Source of the DNA: Eledone cirrhosa
Taxonomy: Eukaryota
Assembly: GCA_964016885.1 (NCBI GenBank)
Contig: OZ024748.1
Coordinates: 52,390,001-52,454,000 of the forward strand
Length of the DNA: 64,000 nucleotides
Reading direction: 5' to 3'
A program made the position numbers and the translations under genes. Below, piece by piece: positions 41,771-55,989 of this stretch. A model generated the notes under the pieces. It made no database searches. It saw only the letters and a list, made by a program, of their open reading frames with translations, and was not told the DNA's origin. How positions within the stretch are numbered: the stretch's first letter is position 1; every line of letters begins with the position of its first letter.

Positions 41771-43279
41771 GCAGTATCGGTAGAGGGTTGGACGCCATGC
41801 TTTCTAGCATAGTTACGTCCCTTTACGATCTGGGTTCAAATCTTGCCGAGGTTAACTTAGCCTTTCATCCTTAAGGGTCGATAAAATAAAGTACCAGTAA
41901 TACACTGGGATAATTGCTAGCCTTGTGCCAATAATAGAAACAATTATATTTTCCTATATGTTCTTCTCTACCTGATATATTCAACTGTTTAAGTTACTAT
42001 ATATTTAAGTTCAGATATTACCAAAGTGGTACTGATCTCTTGGACAGGTCAGGGATCTGTTTCCCACTTATATATGGTTTCACATTCTACTGCTTGCACA
42101 GGAGAGGTTGACATGTTTTTGATACAACTGAGTGTCTTCCCAACCCTTTTTTGACAAGCTTTCTATGGCTGGATGCCCTTCCTATCACCAACCACTTGAT
42201 AATGGGTTCTGGGTGTGTTTATCATATAGATCACCAACACTAGGAAAGCTGCCATGCCATTGACATGACTGAAGGGTACTATCAACCCTTTATCAAGCTT
42301 CCTACAACTGAATGCCCTTCTTTTCGCCAACCACTTTTAAGGCATGTACTGGGTGCACTTATGTAGGTCACCAGAACTAGATAGTTTAGTCTGTAGGGAG
42401 TGAAAGGAGCTGAGAAGTAAAAAAGAAAATGTAAGAAGGGAAAGCAAAAATGGTATGGAGGAATGACAAAACATAAAGATGGTGGTTATTGAAAAGAGAG
42501 GATGGAGAAGTAGTGTATGTGTGTATGAGTAGGTGTGTATGTGTGTATGAGTATGTGTGTATATTTAAAACAATATTTTGCCTCTGTTATTTCATAGTCC
42601 CATACTGTAATAAATTAGAAATGCATGAAATACACTAAACTTATACATTAGCAAATTTTGCATGCACACACATACACATACACATACACATACCTGCACA
42701 TACACATACACACACACAATTACAAGGTAATATTGTTCTGTAAACAATATTAATCAGATTATACATTCAATCAATAAACTTTAGAAGACTTTTTAAAAAT
42801 TATGTTTTAATTAGAATAATGAAATCACACACATACACCCTTATTGATTTAGTAACTCTAAGATATTTATTATTTTTGTCTTCAAAATTAGTCAACAAAT
42901 TTTTATAACCAAATATGCTTCAAGGTGTATTTTGTCATCAGGTTTTTGGGGGGTTTTCTTTTTTTTGCTGAATAACTAATTTGAATTTACCCAGTAACTA
43001 TACAGAGACCAAGATCCCACTACCATAAGTATCAATCTGAGCAGGATAAATTGATTTCTTTTCATTCGGCAAAAAGCCAGATTTTGTAGAAATGACTCCT
43101 GTATATTACTTGCATTTATTTTATTGATTTATAAGTGAAAGGCAGGCAAAGTCAACACTGGAAGGTTTTCAAGATTAGACTGTAAGAGAACAAATCTAAG
43201 TAACGTAAGACATTTAATCCCGAACTTTATTGTTCCTGCCAACTCCCTGCCATTACAAAAATTAATATTAACAAATGTA

Positions 43280-43646
43280 CTGTTTCCTTGAGCAAGACAC
43301 TTTATTTCACATTGCTCCAGTTTACTCAGCTGAAGAAATGAGATGATAGGACTGGGGTCCCTATCATTCCACTGCAAAGTGGTTGTGGAGGTGTCACAGC
43401 AAAAAAGCACCCAGCCTACACTGTAAAGTGGATGTGTAAGCACCATGGAAAAAAAGCACACCCAGCACTCGCTGTAAATGAGGGTGGTGTTAGGAAGGGC
43501 ATCCAGCTGTAGAAATCAAGCCAGAATCAGTTCCTGTATGAGCAAGCCAAGGTCAGCCAACCGGACACTGCCCACAAGAGGACAACCCGTCTAACCCATG
43601 CTAGCGTGGAAGAACGGACGTAAAAACGGTGATGACGATGATGATG
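43280..43646 (+). mobile_element. SINE family A, 5'-truncated, with (GAT)n tail
   Basis: Reverse complement of the 50597-50860 region. Confidence 0.75.
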
Positions 43647-45331
43647 TACATATGTAAACATTTCAATTCTAAGAAAACAAATGCCCAACATTCCAAAAAT
43701 ATCTAACAATGCATCTGCTGCTAAATGGACAAACATTCTAACTATTACACTAGAAATGGAGGTATTTTCTTCAAGCTGGAAAGTTAGTAGAAACAGTAAA
43801 CCACAGATTAAAAACTTTCCATTATTTATTTTACGTCCCTTTATGTTCTGAGTTCAAATCCTGCTGGGGTTACCTTTGCCTTTCATCCTTACGAGGTCGA
43901 TGAAATAAAGTACCAGTAATGCACTGGTGTTGAGTTAATCGACTTTCCCTCATTCCTGAAATTGTTGGCTTTGTGACTAAATCAGAAACCAACCCCACCA
44001 ACTACAGGCTTCACTATTTTCAAGATAATTTCCTACTGGGTTGTTGACATTAAAATAGAGTACCAGTAATGCACTGGGGTCAATTTAATGAGCTTTTCCC
44101 CCCCGACTCTCAAAATTGTTGGCTTTTTGTCTAAATCAGAAACTATTATTTATTTACCCCACCCTACAGGCTTCAACATTTCAAGTTCAAATCTGGGTTT
44201 TTGACATTAAAATAGAGTACCAGTAATACACCGGTGTTGGTTTAATCAACTTTTCCCGACTCCCAAATTTCTTGTCTTTGTGTCTGAATCAGAAGCCATT
44301 ATATATTTAAACCCCTTCCCCCCACACCAGGCTTCAACATTTCAAGTTCAAATCCTACTGGGTTGTTGATATCTTTCATCTTTCCTCTCTAGCTAGAGAT
44401 TACTGAATTAAGATGTAATAATAGACCAACATCAATTCAATCAATGGCATTCTTTTTTCCCTGCTGTATAAAAAATGTGGGTCCGTGTATATGATGAAAA
44501 AACAAATCAACAATGCACATATTTTGACAGCCAATTCTCTATACTGACCAAAAGATGCATGGTGCTGCATGAATTACAAAAAAAAAAAAACCCAAAAAAC
44601 CCCCACAAAAATAATATGGTTGGAGATATTACTAAACACTAATTTTCATAGAGTGGTTATTAGCATAGCTAGGCTTAATGGGTCATATGATATGATGACT
44701 ATAGTGGGGCTTGAACCTAACCATGTATTTTATAGATCCCACAAATAAGAGTAAAAACAATCCCTACATCAGAGGAGCTTGCATTAAAACCGAAATTAAG
44801 AAAGGGATAAAAGCCTGCTGCAATGAAAAGCAATATCTGACAATGCTCCAAAACTGTTTAGGCTCTGCCTGTATGACAAAATGAGCAATAACCTGATATT
44901 AATGATTATAATGATGATGATGAGGAGGAGGGAGAGGGGGACGATATATGGTGATGATGATGATGATGATGCTGACAATAATTCAACTCATTCACATTAT
45001 ATATTCATTGTCAGTTATTTATATATTCATTGTATGTTAGCTGTTTGCATGTATGCACGTTTGAGTGTTGTGCTAAAAACATATGTAAATATATGTAAAT
45101 TTTCCAACTACATTGTTACTCACACTGACAAAACATTGCATTGTGATGTTATGAATATCTGCTTTGAATTATGGGAGAATGACAAATACACACACACACA
45201 CACACTTACATATAATCACACACACACACACACACACCCCCATATATATATATATATATATATATACAGACATATATATACACACACACACACCCATATA
45301 TATATATAATTATATATATATACAGACATAT

Positions 45332-45363
<32 letters not shown>

Positions 45364-45833
45364 GTGTACACACACACACACACACACACACAGAGGGAGA
45401 AAGAAAGGAAGGGATCTCCATCTACAGATTTGCATAAATAACAAGCAAATAAACTTATTTTTCCGATAATTAAAGGTGCCCACAATCTGGTATGTGATAA
45501 ATAACGCCATTACTTAGAAGGTGAAACACAAAACCAATAATTCATGGTTATGGAAACATAAGGAGATGCTGCAAAAAGTCTTCAGGACATTTTCGCTTAA
45601 TTCTCCAATTTTCATTCCATTCTCTGCTGTTTATTTATCGTCTTTTAGTCTTGCTGCTTTAGTTGTTGGTTCAATACTCAGCATATGTGTATTGATGATA
45701 GCATTTGCATTTTCTTTTATACAAGTTGGTAGGTGGTGTATATGGATTTCTATGTTTGCGTACATACAACATACAGATACATAGATTCATAACTATACAT
45801 GCTTGTATATGATTATGTATAAATGTGTACATG

Positions 45834-45893
<60 letters not shown>

Positions 45894-45976
45894 TATGTGT
45901 GTGTGTGTGTGTGTGTATATATGTGTGTATATGTGTGTATATATATGTATTCATGTGTATGTATATGTATGTATGC

Positions 45977-46025
<49 letters not shown>

Positions 46026-46507
46026 TGTGTGTTTGTGTGGGTGTGTGTGTAACATAATCAACCACATGGACAACACATATATACACACATTTGTATATAT
46101 AAATTTATGCATATGCATGTACATATACACACACATCTGTGAGTTGGCACACGCAAATATATAATAGATAATCACCAAACTGCAGCAAATTTACCCTCAT
46201 ATGCATAATAAATAGACACACAGAGAAAAACCTATAAGCACACATCCTCATAATGTTCATCTCTATGTTTACCACACTGGAAACATTTTGGTAAGTCTGC
46301 AATGCAAAAGTATATTGGAATGATATTTAGACAAAATATCCTTCTTGTAGTTCTTTGGTCCCTAACCCTATCAATGTTATCCTTCATCATTGATGTAGAT
46401 TATATTTTAAACCAATAAACAAACACCTCCTCACTGTCGTCATGAACCTAAGTCTAGCCAGTGTCTGCCCAATGTCTAGCTGTTTGCTCAATCTCTTTAC
46501 ATCGAAT

Positions 46508-48742
46508 TTCCATACCACTGCAGTTATCAACGAAACTAACCAGCCACCATACCACTGCAGTTATCAACGAAACTAACCAGACACCATACCACTGCAGTTA
46601 TCAACAAAACTAACCAGCCACCATACCACTGCAGCCATCAACAAGACTATCCAGTCACCATACCACTGCAGTTATCAACCAATGTTGAGCCTTTCTCTGA
46701 ACTTCTTTACATTCAGTCCCCATACCACTGCAGTCATTAACCAGACTAACCAATCACCATACCACTGCAGTCATTAACCAGACTAACCAATCACCATACC
46801 ACTGCAGTCATTAACCAGACTAACCAATCACCATACCACTGCAGTCATTAACCAGACTAACCAATCACCATACGACTGCAGTCATTAACCAGACTAACCA
46901 ATCACCATACCACTGCAGTCATTAACCAGACTAACCAATCACCATACCACTGCAGTCATTAACCAGACTAACCAATCACCATACCACTGCAGTCATTAAC
47001 CAGACTAACCAATCACCATACCACTGCAGTCATTAACCAGACTAACCAATCACCATACCACTGCAGTCATTAACCATACTAACCAATTACCATACCACTG
47101 CAGTCATTAACCAGACTAACCAATCACCATACCACTTCAGTCATTAATCAGACTAACCAATCTCCATACCATTGCAGTCATTAACCAGACTAACCAATCT
47201 CCATACCATTGCAGTCATTAACCAGACTAAGCAATCACCATACCACTACAGTCATTAACCAGACTAACCAATCACCATACCACTGCAGTCATTAACCAAA
47301 CTAACCAATCTCCATACCATTGCAGTCATTAACCAGACTAACCAATCACCATACCACTGCAGTCATTAACCAGACTAACCAATCACCATACCACTGCAGT
47401 CATTAACCAAACTAACCAATCTCCATACCATTGCAGTCATTAACCAGACTAACCAATCACCATACCACTACAGTTATCAACCAGACTAACCAATCACCAT
47501 ACCACTACAGTCATCAACCAGACTAACCAATCACCATACCATTGCAGTCATTAACCAAACTAACCAATCACCATACCACTGCAGTCATTAATCAGACTAA
47601 CCAATCACCATACCATTGCAGCCATTAACCAGACTAACCAAACACCATACCATTGCAGTCATTAATCAGACTAACCAGTCACCATACCATTGCAGTCATT
47701 AACCAGACTAACCAATCACCATACCACTGCAGTCATTAACCAGACTAACCAATCACCATACCACTGCAGTTATCAACCAGACTAACCAATCACCATACCA
47801 CTACAGTCATCAACCAGACTAACCAATCACCATACCATTGCAGTCATTAACCAAACTAACCAATCACCATACGACTGCAGTCATTAACCAGACTAACCAA
47901 TCACCATACCACTGCAGTTATCAACCAGACTAACCAATCACCATACCATTGCAGTCATTAACCAAACTAACCAATCACCATACCACTGCAGTCATTAATC
48001 AGACTAACCAATCACCATACCATTGCAGCCATTAACCAGCCTAACCAATCACCATACCACTGCAGTCATTAATCAGACTAACCAGTCACCATACCATTGC
48101 AGTCATTAACCAGACTAACCAATCACCATACCACTACAGTCATCAACCAGACTAACCAATCACCATACCACTACAGTCATTAACCAGACTAACCAATCAT
48201 CATACCACTGCAGTTATCAACCAGACTAACCAATCACCATACCACTACAGTCATTAACCAGACTAACCAATCACCATACCACTACAGTCATTAACCAGAC
48301 TAACCAATCACCATACCATTGCAGTCATTAACCAGACTAACAAATCACCATACCACTGCAGTCATCAACCAGACTAACCAATCACCATACCACTGCAGTT
48401 ATCAACCAGACTAACCAATCACCATATCACTGCAGTCATCAACCAGACTAACCAATCACCATACCACTACAGTCATTAACCAGACTAACCAGTCACCATA
48501 CCACTACAGTCATTAACCAGACTAACCAATCACCATACCATTGCAGTCATTAACCAGACTAACAAATCACCATACCACTGCAGTCATCAACCAGACTAAC
48601 CAATCACCATACCATTGCAGTTATCAACCAGACTAACCAATCACCATACCACTGCAGTCATTAACTAGACTAACCAGTCACCATACCACTACAGTTATCA
48701 ACCAGACTAACCAATCACCATACCACTGCAGTCATCAACCAG
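46508..48742. repeat. 37-bp minisatellite, about 58 copies
   Basis: Unit CCATACCACTGCAGTCATTAACCAGACTAACCAATCA; period 37 (46741 to 46778). Confidence 0.95.
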
Positions 48743-48959
48743 AGAAGGATAGAAAGTGAGAGAGGAAGAAAGAACAAGACACAGAGGAGGTATCAACCCC
48801 AGTATTAAAACTGGTACTTTTTTTTATCAACCTCGAAAGAATGAAAGGCAAATTTGACCTTGATGGGATTTGAACTCGGGCTACAGAGAGCTAAATAGAA
48901 TACCACAAGGCATTCTATATAACATTATAACAACTCTGACAGCAGGGAAAAACAGACAA

Positions 48960-49830
48960 ATGATGTTGATGATGGTGGTGGTGAAGGTGTAGGTGGTTGA
49001 GGTAGTGCTGGTGCAGGTTGTGGTGGTGGTGGTGGTGGTGGTGGTTGTGGTGCTGGTGGTGGAGGTTGTGGTTGTGGTGCTGGTGTAGGTGGTGCTGGTG
49101 CAGGTTGTGGTGTAGGTGGTGGTGGTGGTGGTTGTGGTGCTGGTGGAGATAGTGTATGTGGTGGTAGTGCTGGTGATGGTATGGTTTTGGTGGTGATGGT
49201 GTTGGTGGTGGTAGGGCTGGTGATGGTATGGTGTTGGTGGTGATGATGTTGGTGGTTGTGGTTGTGGTGCTGGTGTAGGTAGTGCAGGTTGTGGTGGTGG
49301 AAGTGGTGGTTGTGGTGCTGGTGGTGATAGTCTATGTGGTGGTAGTGCTTGTGATGGTATGGTGTTGGTGGTGATGATGTTGGTGTACGTGGTGATTGTG
49401 TTGGTGATGGTAACGGTGGTGGTGATGGTATAGGTGGTGGTGGTGGTGATGGCATGTTGGTGGTGGTTATGGTGTGTTGGTGATGGTGTAGGTGGTGGTT
49501 ATGGTGTGTTGGTGATGGTGGTGATGGTGATGGTATGGTGATGGTATGGTGGTGGTGATGGTGATGGTATGATGGTGGTGGTGATGGCATGGTGGTGGTG
49601 GTGGTGATGGCATGGTGATGGTGGTTATGCTGTGTTGGTGATGGTGATGATGGTGGTGGTGGTGGTGGTGGTGGTGATGGTATGGTGGTGGTGGTGGTAC
49701 TAATGGTGTGGATGGCAGTGGTGGTGATATGATGGTGGTGTTGATGATGATGGTATAGTGATGGTGGGTGTATGGTATGGTGGTAATGGTGGTGATGGTG
49801 ATTGTATGGTGGTGGTGCTGGAGTAATGAT
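48960..49830. repeat. Degenerate (GGT/GAT)n microsatellite
   Basis: Direct reading; source of the Pro/His-rich ORFs. Confidence 0.9.
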
Positions 49831-49899
49831 ATTTGTTGTTTGCTATAGTTGATCATAACAGCAGCCATAAAAGATTCTACAGCTACAGCTCCACTCATA

Positions 49900-50240
49900 A
49901 CAGATCCAAACCAAAAATTGGCACCAGAAGTACTTCCCCTGAATCCACAAATCAGACAAATGTTCATTTCTGGTTTAGACTTCTCCTCTCTTCTTCCAGG
50001 TTTCAACTGGAAAGCTGTATTTGTCTCCTCTACCATTATCGTTGACACCTCTGTTGATTGTTGTCCTCAAAGCTGTTCTATCGTTAACAACACTTTACCA
50101 TTTCTTGTGATCAATACATACACTTGATGAAGTTGCTCTTGCAGATATATCCTTCAAATCAAGATTTGGTTTTCCTTTTCTTCCTGCGCCTTGAGAAAGA
50201 TCACCAAAGTGCAGCTGTTTTGGAATCTTCTTGTCTTCTA
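49900..50240 (-). mobile_element. RTE (BovB-type) LINE 3' relic
   Basis: EDKKIPKQLHFGDLSQGAGRKGKPNLDLKD...KW*SVVNDRTALRTTINRGV, then ICLICG zinc-finger remnant. Confidence 0.7.
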
Positions 50241-50596
50241 TATATATATATATATATATATGGGAATTTCAGCAAGGTAAATTAATAGGGTTTGAGTCAT
50301 TTTGTTGTGTCAATAGAGAAGACAATGAATTCTCGACAAACATATGCACCAAAATATTAATAAGTTTTCACATCATAGTCTTATTGATGAAAGCTTTGTT
50401 TTCTTTGTTATTTCTTTTAATTTTGAAAGGTGTGTTCAAATGATATTTCCATCATGCAAAAGGTTATGACATACACACACACACACTCAAATACACATAC
50501 ACACACACAGGTATACACACACAAACATACATATGCACGCATCACATCTGTTAACATGTGGATGTAAGCAAGTGTGGGTTTGTGTTATATATATAT

Positions 50597-50939
50597 CATC
50601 ATCATTCATCATTTCATTTTACGTCTGCTTTTTCCCTGCTTGCAAGGGTGGGACGGGAACTGATTTTGGCTTGATTTCTACAGCTGGATGCCCTTCCTAA
50701 CACCAACCTCATTTACAGTGAGGGCTGGGTGCTTTTTGCCATGGCACCTCCATGACCACTTTGCAGTGGAATGATAGGGACCCCAGTCCCTATCATCTCA
50801 TTTCTACAGCTGAGTAAACTGGAGCAATGTGAAATAAAGTGTCTTGCTCAAGGAAACAACACATCATCCGGTCTGAGAATTGAACTCACAACCTTTCGAT
50901 TGCAAGGCCAATGCTCTAACCACTAAGCCATGTGCCTCC
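50597..50939 (-). mobile_element. Full-length tRNA-derived SINE (family A)
   Basis: A box TGGCTTAGTGG, B box GTTCAATTC, CORE-like TTCCTTGAGCAAGACACTT, (GAT)n tail. Confidence 0.85.
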
Positions 50940-50993
50940 ATGGATCTGCCTGATTCTACAACTGCAGGTTTTTCAGACACATACATATATATA

Positions 50994-51032
<39 letters not shown>

Positions 51033-51275
51033 GGTCCGGGTAAGCTTTTTACATTCATTTGATTTATTGATTTATTGATATTTTATCTGAGTGACCCGAA
51101 TCTTCCAGATCGTAATTTTTCGGTCGTATGGTTGATTTTAGACATGATCTATGTGTGTTGGTATTTTAACGATAGTTATAGCTCTGATTTATCTGAATTA
51201 TTGAGCCCTCTGCCACTCATTTCGAATTTTGTTTATCGTGAACTCGTGCACCGATTTTTCGATACTCGATTATTC

Positions 51276-51315
<40 letters not shown>

Positions 51316-51322
51316 TTACATA

Positions 51323-51380
<58 letters not shown>

Positions 51381-51381
51381 T

Positions 51382-51434
51382 GTGTCCGAAGAACCTGCAG
51401 CGTTAGCTATCTGCCGGCGAAACAATTGTAACAC
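51382..51434 (+). ncRNA. Type I hammerhead-like motif (Penelope-type), predicted cleavage after A51430
   Basis: Stem I GTGT/ACAC; core CCGAAGA; stem II CC-T-GCAG/CTGC-C-GG; GAAA; palindromic helix III ACAATTGT; GTA triplet; AATAAA follows. U4C and an A10.1-C11.1 mismatch. Confidence 0.6.
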
Positions 51435-51561
51435 GCAATAAACTGAGTCAAGATGCATCACTGATTTTTTCGTTTTTTTTATATTATTCACACTCTGCTC
51501 TGTAAGGACATTGAGTGCTCAACTGGCATACCGCCTATGGAAGCACCATAGCTACCATTAT

Positions 51562-51615
<54 letters not shown>

Positions 51616-52073
51616 CACTCTCATATATATGTATATATATATATATATATACACACATGTATATTCAACCATATTTTCATAATTATTATCATAGTCAATA
51701 ATATTATAATTATCAAACTCTTTGCTATAATATTTTACAAATATAAATGAACATATTTTTATGTATACATGCTAATGGTGTGTATGTGTGAGTGTGCATG
51801 TGCATGCAGTTATGTAGCTATTTGTGCATGTAAGTGCTTATTCATGTGTGAGGCTTATGCATACACATACAAAGTGCATTTTAACTCCCTATTAATAACG
51901 ATAAACAAATTTGTGGATGATTTGTTTAACACCTACACACTCTCATGCATATATAGGCTTAAATACATAAATATATATATATAATTATATACATATTTAT
52001 ACATATATATAATTATATATATATTTATACATATATATATATACACACATATATACATATACATACACATATA

Positions 52074-52117
<44 letters not shown>

Positions 52118-52281
52118 TATACACACACATATATATATATATACACATATATTCATATATATATATATATATATACACATATATTCATATATATATATAC
52201 ACATATATTCATATATATATATATACACATATATTCATATATATATATACACATATATTCATATATATATATACACATATA

Positions 52282-52349
<68 letters not shown>

Positions 52350-52748
52350 TATACATATATATATACATATATATATACATATATACATATATATATACAC
52401 ACATATAGATATATATACACACATATATACATATATATACAAATATATATACATATATACATATATATATACATATATACAAATATATATACACATGTAT
52501 ATATGTTTATACATACATATAAACATTTATATATGCATATACACATGTATATATGTCTATACATACATATAAACATTTATATATGCATATACACATGTAT
52601 ATATGTCTATACATACATATAAACATTGATATATGCATATACCATTGTTTATATGTCTATACATACATATAAACATTTATATATGCATATACACATGTAT
52701 ATATGTCTATACATACATATAAACATTTATATATGCATACACTCATGC

Positions 52749-52856
<108 letters not shown>

Positions 52857-52996
52857 GTTGAGAGAGAGAGATAAAGAGAGAGAGAGAGAGAGATAGTGAT
52901 AGTGAGAGATCCAAAGAAACTTTCTAATATATATACACATATAGAAATGGACAATCTTTGGTTATATCTATTATCGACATAATCCTCCTCAGCACA

Positions 52997-53034
<38 letters not shown>

Positions 53035-55989
53035 GTCTCTTGATAGCGCTAATGTTTTCACTGAAATCTGCTAACTGTTGTTGTTATGCACATTTCTATT
53101 CGATGCCTTAATTTGCAAATGAATAAAAGAAACATCTAATTGCTGGAGGATGGAATGGAATGGAGTCCCGGGTAGAGGGTGAATGTAGGTAAATAGTTGT
53201 GGATTTGTTGAAGAGTGTTTAGACATGTGTCTACATATATGTCTTTGTGTGTGTGTCAGTGTTTGTGTAAATATGTGTGAGTAAGTGTGTAAATATGTGT
53301 GCGTGTTAGTGTCTAAATATGTGTGTGTCAGTGTAAATATGTGTGAGTGAGTGTGTAAATATGTGTGTGTTAGTGTCTACATATGTGTGTGTGTGTAAAT
53401 GCTTGTAAGTGTGTGAGTGTGTGTGTGTGTATAAATGTGTGTGTTTGTAAATGCTTGTAAGAGTGTGTGTGTGTATAAATGATTGTAAGAGTGTGTGTGA
53501 GTGTTTGTATGTGTGTGTAAGTACATGTATGCAAGTGTAAATACATGTGTCGGTGTGTAAATGCTTTTGTGTGTGTGTAAATGTTTTTTTGTGTAAATAC
53601 ATGTGTCGGTGTGTAAATGCTTTTGTGTGTGTGTAAATGTTGTTTTGTGTAAATACATGTCTGTGTGTGTGTGTGTGTATGAGTTAGATTGGGTAGGTGT
53701 GGGGTTTCATACTGTCATTTTAAGCAACTCAAATGTAATTTAATACAAAACTAAAAACGAGATGAGCAACAGCACGTATAGACACTTTTCAATGAATAGG
53801 TTTCTCTAAAAACAGATTTTGATATACAAGCTTTTCATCTGAAACACGAAGAAATTAAAAGGAAAAAAAAAAATGTTTAATAAATCATTAAGTAGACAAA
53901 TAAACCAAATGAGTTTTAAAAATAAAAATCTATAAATAACATTAATAACAACACAAACAACAATGGCTCTCTGTTTGGTGTAATCTGTTTTAGAGTAACT
54001 TCCCTTCTGAGATCGACTTATAATCCCCCTGATAAAATATGCAAAACTGGTGTTGGGAAATGGGTTGAAATGTCTCTTTGATAATTTCCAGGAATCCCTT
54101 TTCATGTAAAATTATCAAAAGTTATTCAAATTAATTTTCTCTAATGAGATCTGGAGAAAAATTATTCTTTAATATTTATAGCAATTAATAGCTTTCATGT
54201 GTGAACAAACATAGATAGATTGATAGATAGATATATAGATAGATAGACAGATAGATAGATAGATAGGTAACTATTTATGTGTTTTAGCAAATCTGGGTAG
54301 CCATCTTTTGTTTAGACAAGCTGAAAACAAACTTCCTGTTTGTTATTTAGTGTATCTGATTAATTTTTATTACCATTATACATATTTGTTTTAGCTTTTT
54401 TGTTTCTAAGCTTTTTGTTTTAATTTATTTTATCAAATTTATTTATATTTTGTTATTGCTTATGTTCAAATAGAAAATTGGAACTATGAAAATCATGATA
54501 TTTCTGACATCTAAAGGGGATTTTATTCATTTCCATCGGCTTTTATTTTACGAAGATTAGTGCAGTAGCCAGCCATTTTGTTTAAGTGGTAAGTGATGGT
54601 TTATTCTGATTGACTGCCAAGAATCACTGGAGCAGTAAGTTCTTTAATTTTGTTTTCTTGTCTGTTTGTTTTTACAGTTTTATTCTAATTGTGCATGACT
54701 GTTTCAGTTATCTTGCTTGCTCCTTGAACACAACATACACAGTCATATAAATACATATATGTACATACATACATATATACATAGATACACAGACACAAAT
54801 ATTTATTAAAACTTATTAGTGAAGAGAACACCAAAGATAGAAATATGCAAGTTTAAATACACTTATATAAGAGTTATAAGAGAACAAACTGAAACAGCAG
54901 ACAGGCTTAAGCTTCTCTGGGGAAAGGTATAAAAGCAAATAAATAAATGAACAAATAAACACCAATTTTCAATAATACTGATAACCAGTTTGAATCTATA
55001 CAAATGCTTAATTTCATATATTTACAATATCTCACAGATAATGAATAAAGAAAACTCAAAAGATTTGTTCCAAGTGCTCAGAATTGGACATCAAAACTAT
55101 CTCTAACTGCGAGTAATTCTTTTTCTTTTTTTTTCTCTTAATAGCTTAGTTAAAGGTGGAGTGGGAGCAGTTATGAACATAGGTGGTAAATTGGCAGAGT
55201 CATTAGATAGAATACTTTGTGGTGTTTGTTCTAGCGTTCTGCACTCAGAGTTCAAATCCCCTTGAGGTCAACTTTGCCATTCATCCTTTCGCAGTCGATT
55301 AAAAACAGTAAGAGTTCAGTAAAGATATGGATTCTTTCTCTATGTCTCTTTCTCACTTCCTCTTTGTCACTCTCTCTCCTCTGAAAGAAGTCAACTGTGT
55401 TCAGATCTGGAGAGGAGATGGATTCCGCCAGGTTTTAAAAATGCCCAAGAAATGCAGTATGTCACTATGATGCCCCTATGACTCCATCAGGAGTGTCTGG
55501 TCGTTTATTTTATCAACCCCAGAAGGATGAAAGGCAAAGTTGACCTTAGCAGAAGTTGAACTCAGAGCCCAGAACAAATACAGCAAATCATTCTACCTGA
55601 TGCTCTAATAATTCTAATCCCCAACCTAGACTCACAATACTGAGATTAATATTTTGTTTATCTGGATTTTTTAGATAAACACCACAAGACTTTATCAAAT
55701 GGTGACATTTGTGAACATAATTGCTGCATCATCCACTATTGGTAAATTATAAATGAAGGGCAAAGAATGAGAAATAAAACAAAACAAACTAATGTTTTTC
55801 TTACCCAGTATATTTCAAAATAATATTTCAGGGTTAAAACCCTCTTTTCAAATGCAAAACAAAAACGACCAATGTGTTGTTCTCTAACTGGTTCAAGTGT
55901 CTGAATTGTGCATGCATGAAGCATTCAAAGAAGCCACTCTGCTCCATGTTGACTGAACTATCTCTTGTATACACTATACTCACTGTTGT

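Noticed and set aside
48925-50048. Pro/His-rich extensin-like ORFs
   Set aside because: (GGT/GAT)n microsatellite joined to an RTE relic
50880-50939. tRNA gene
   Set aside because: tRNA-like SINE head continuing into a SINE body; no complete cloverleaf
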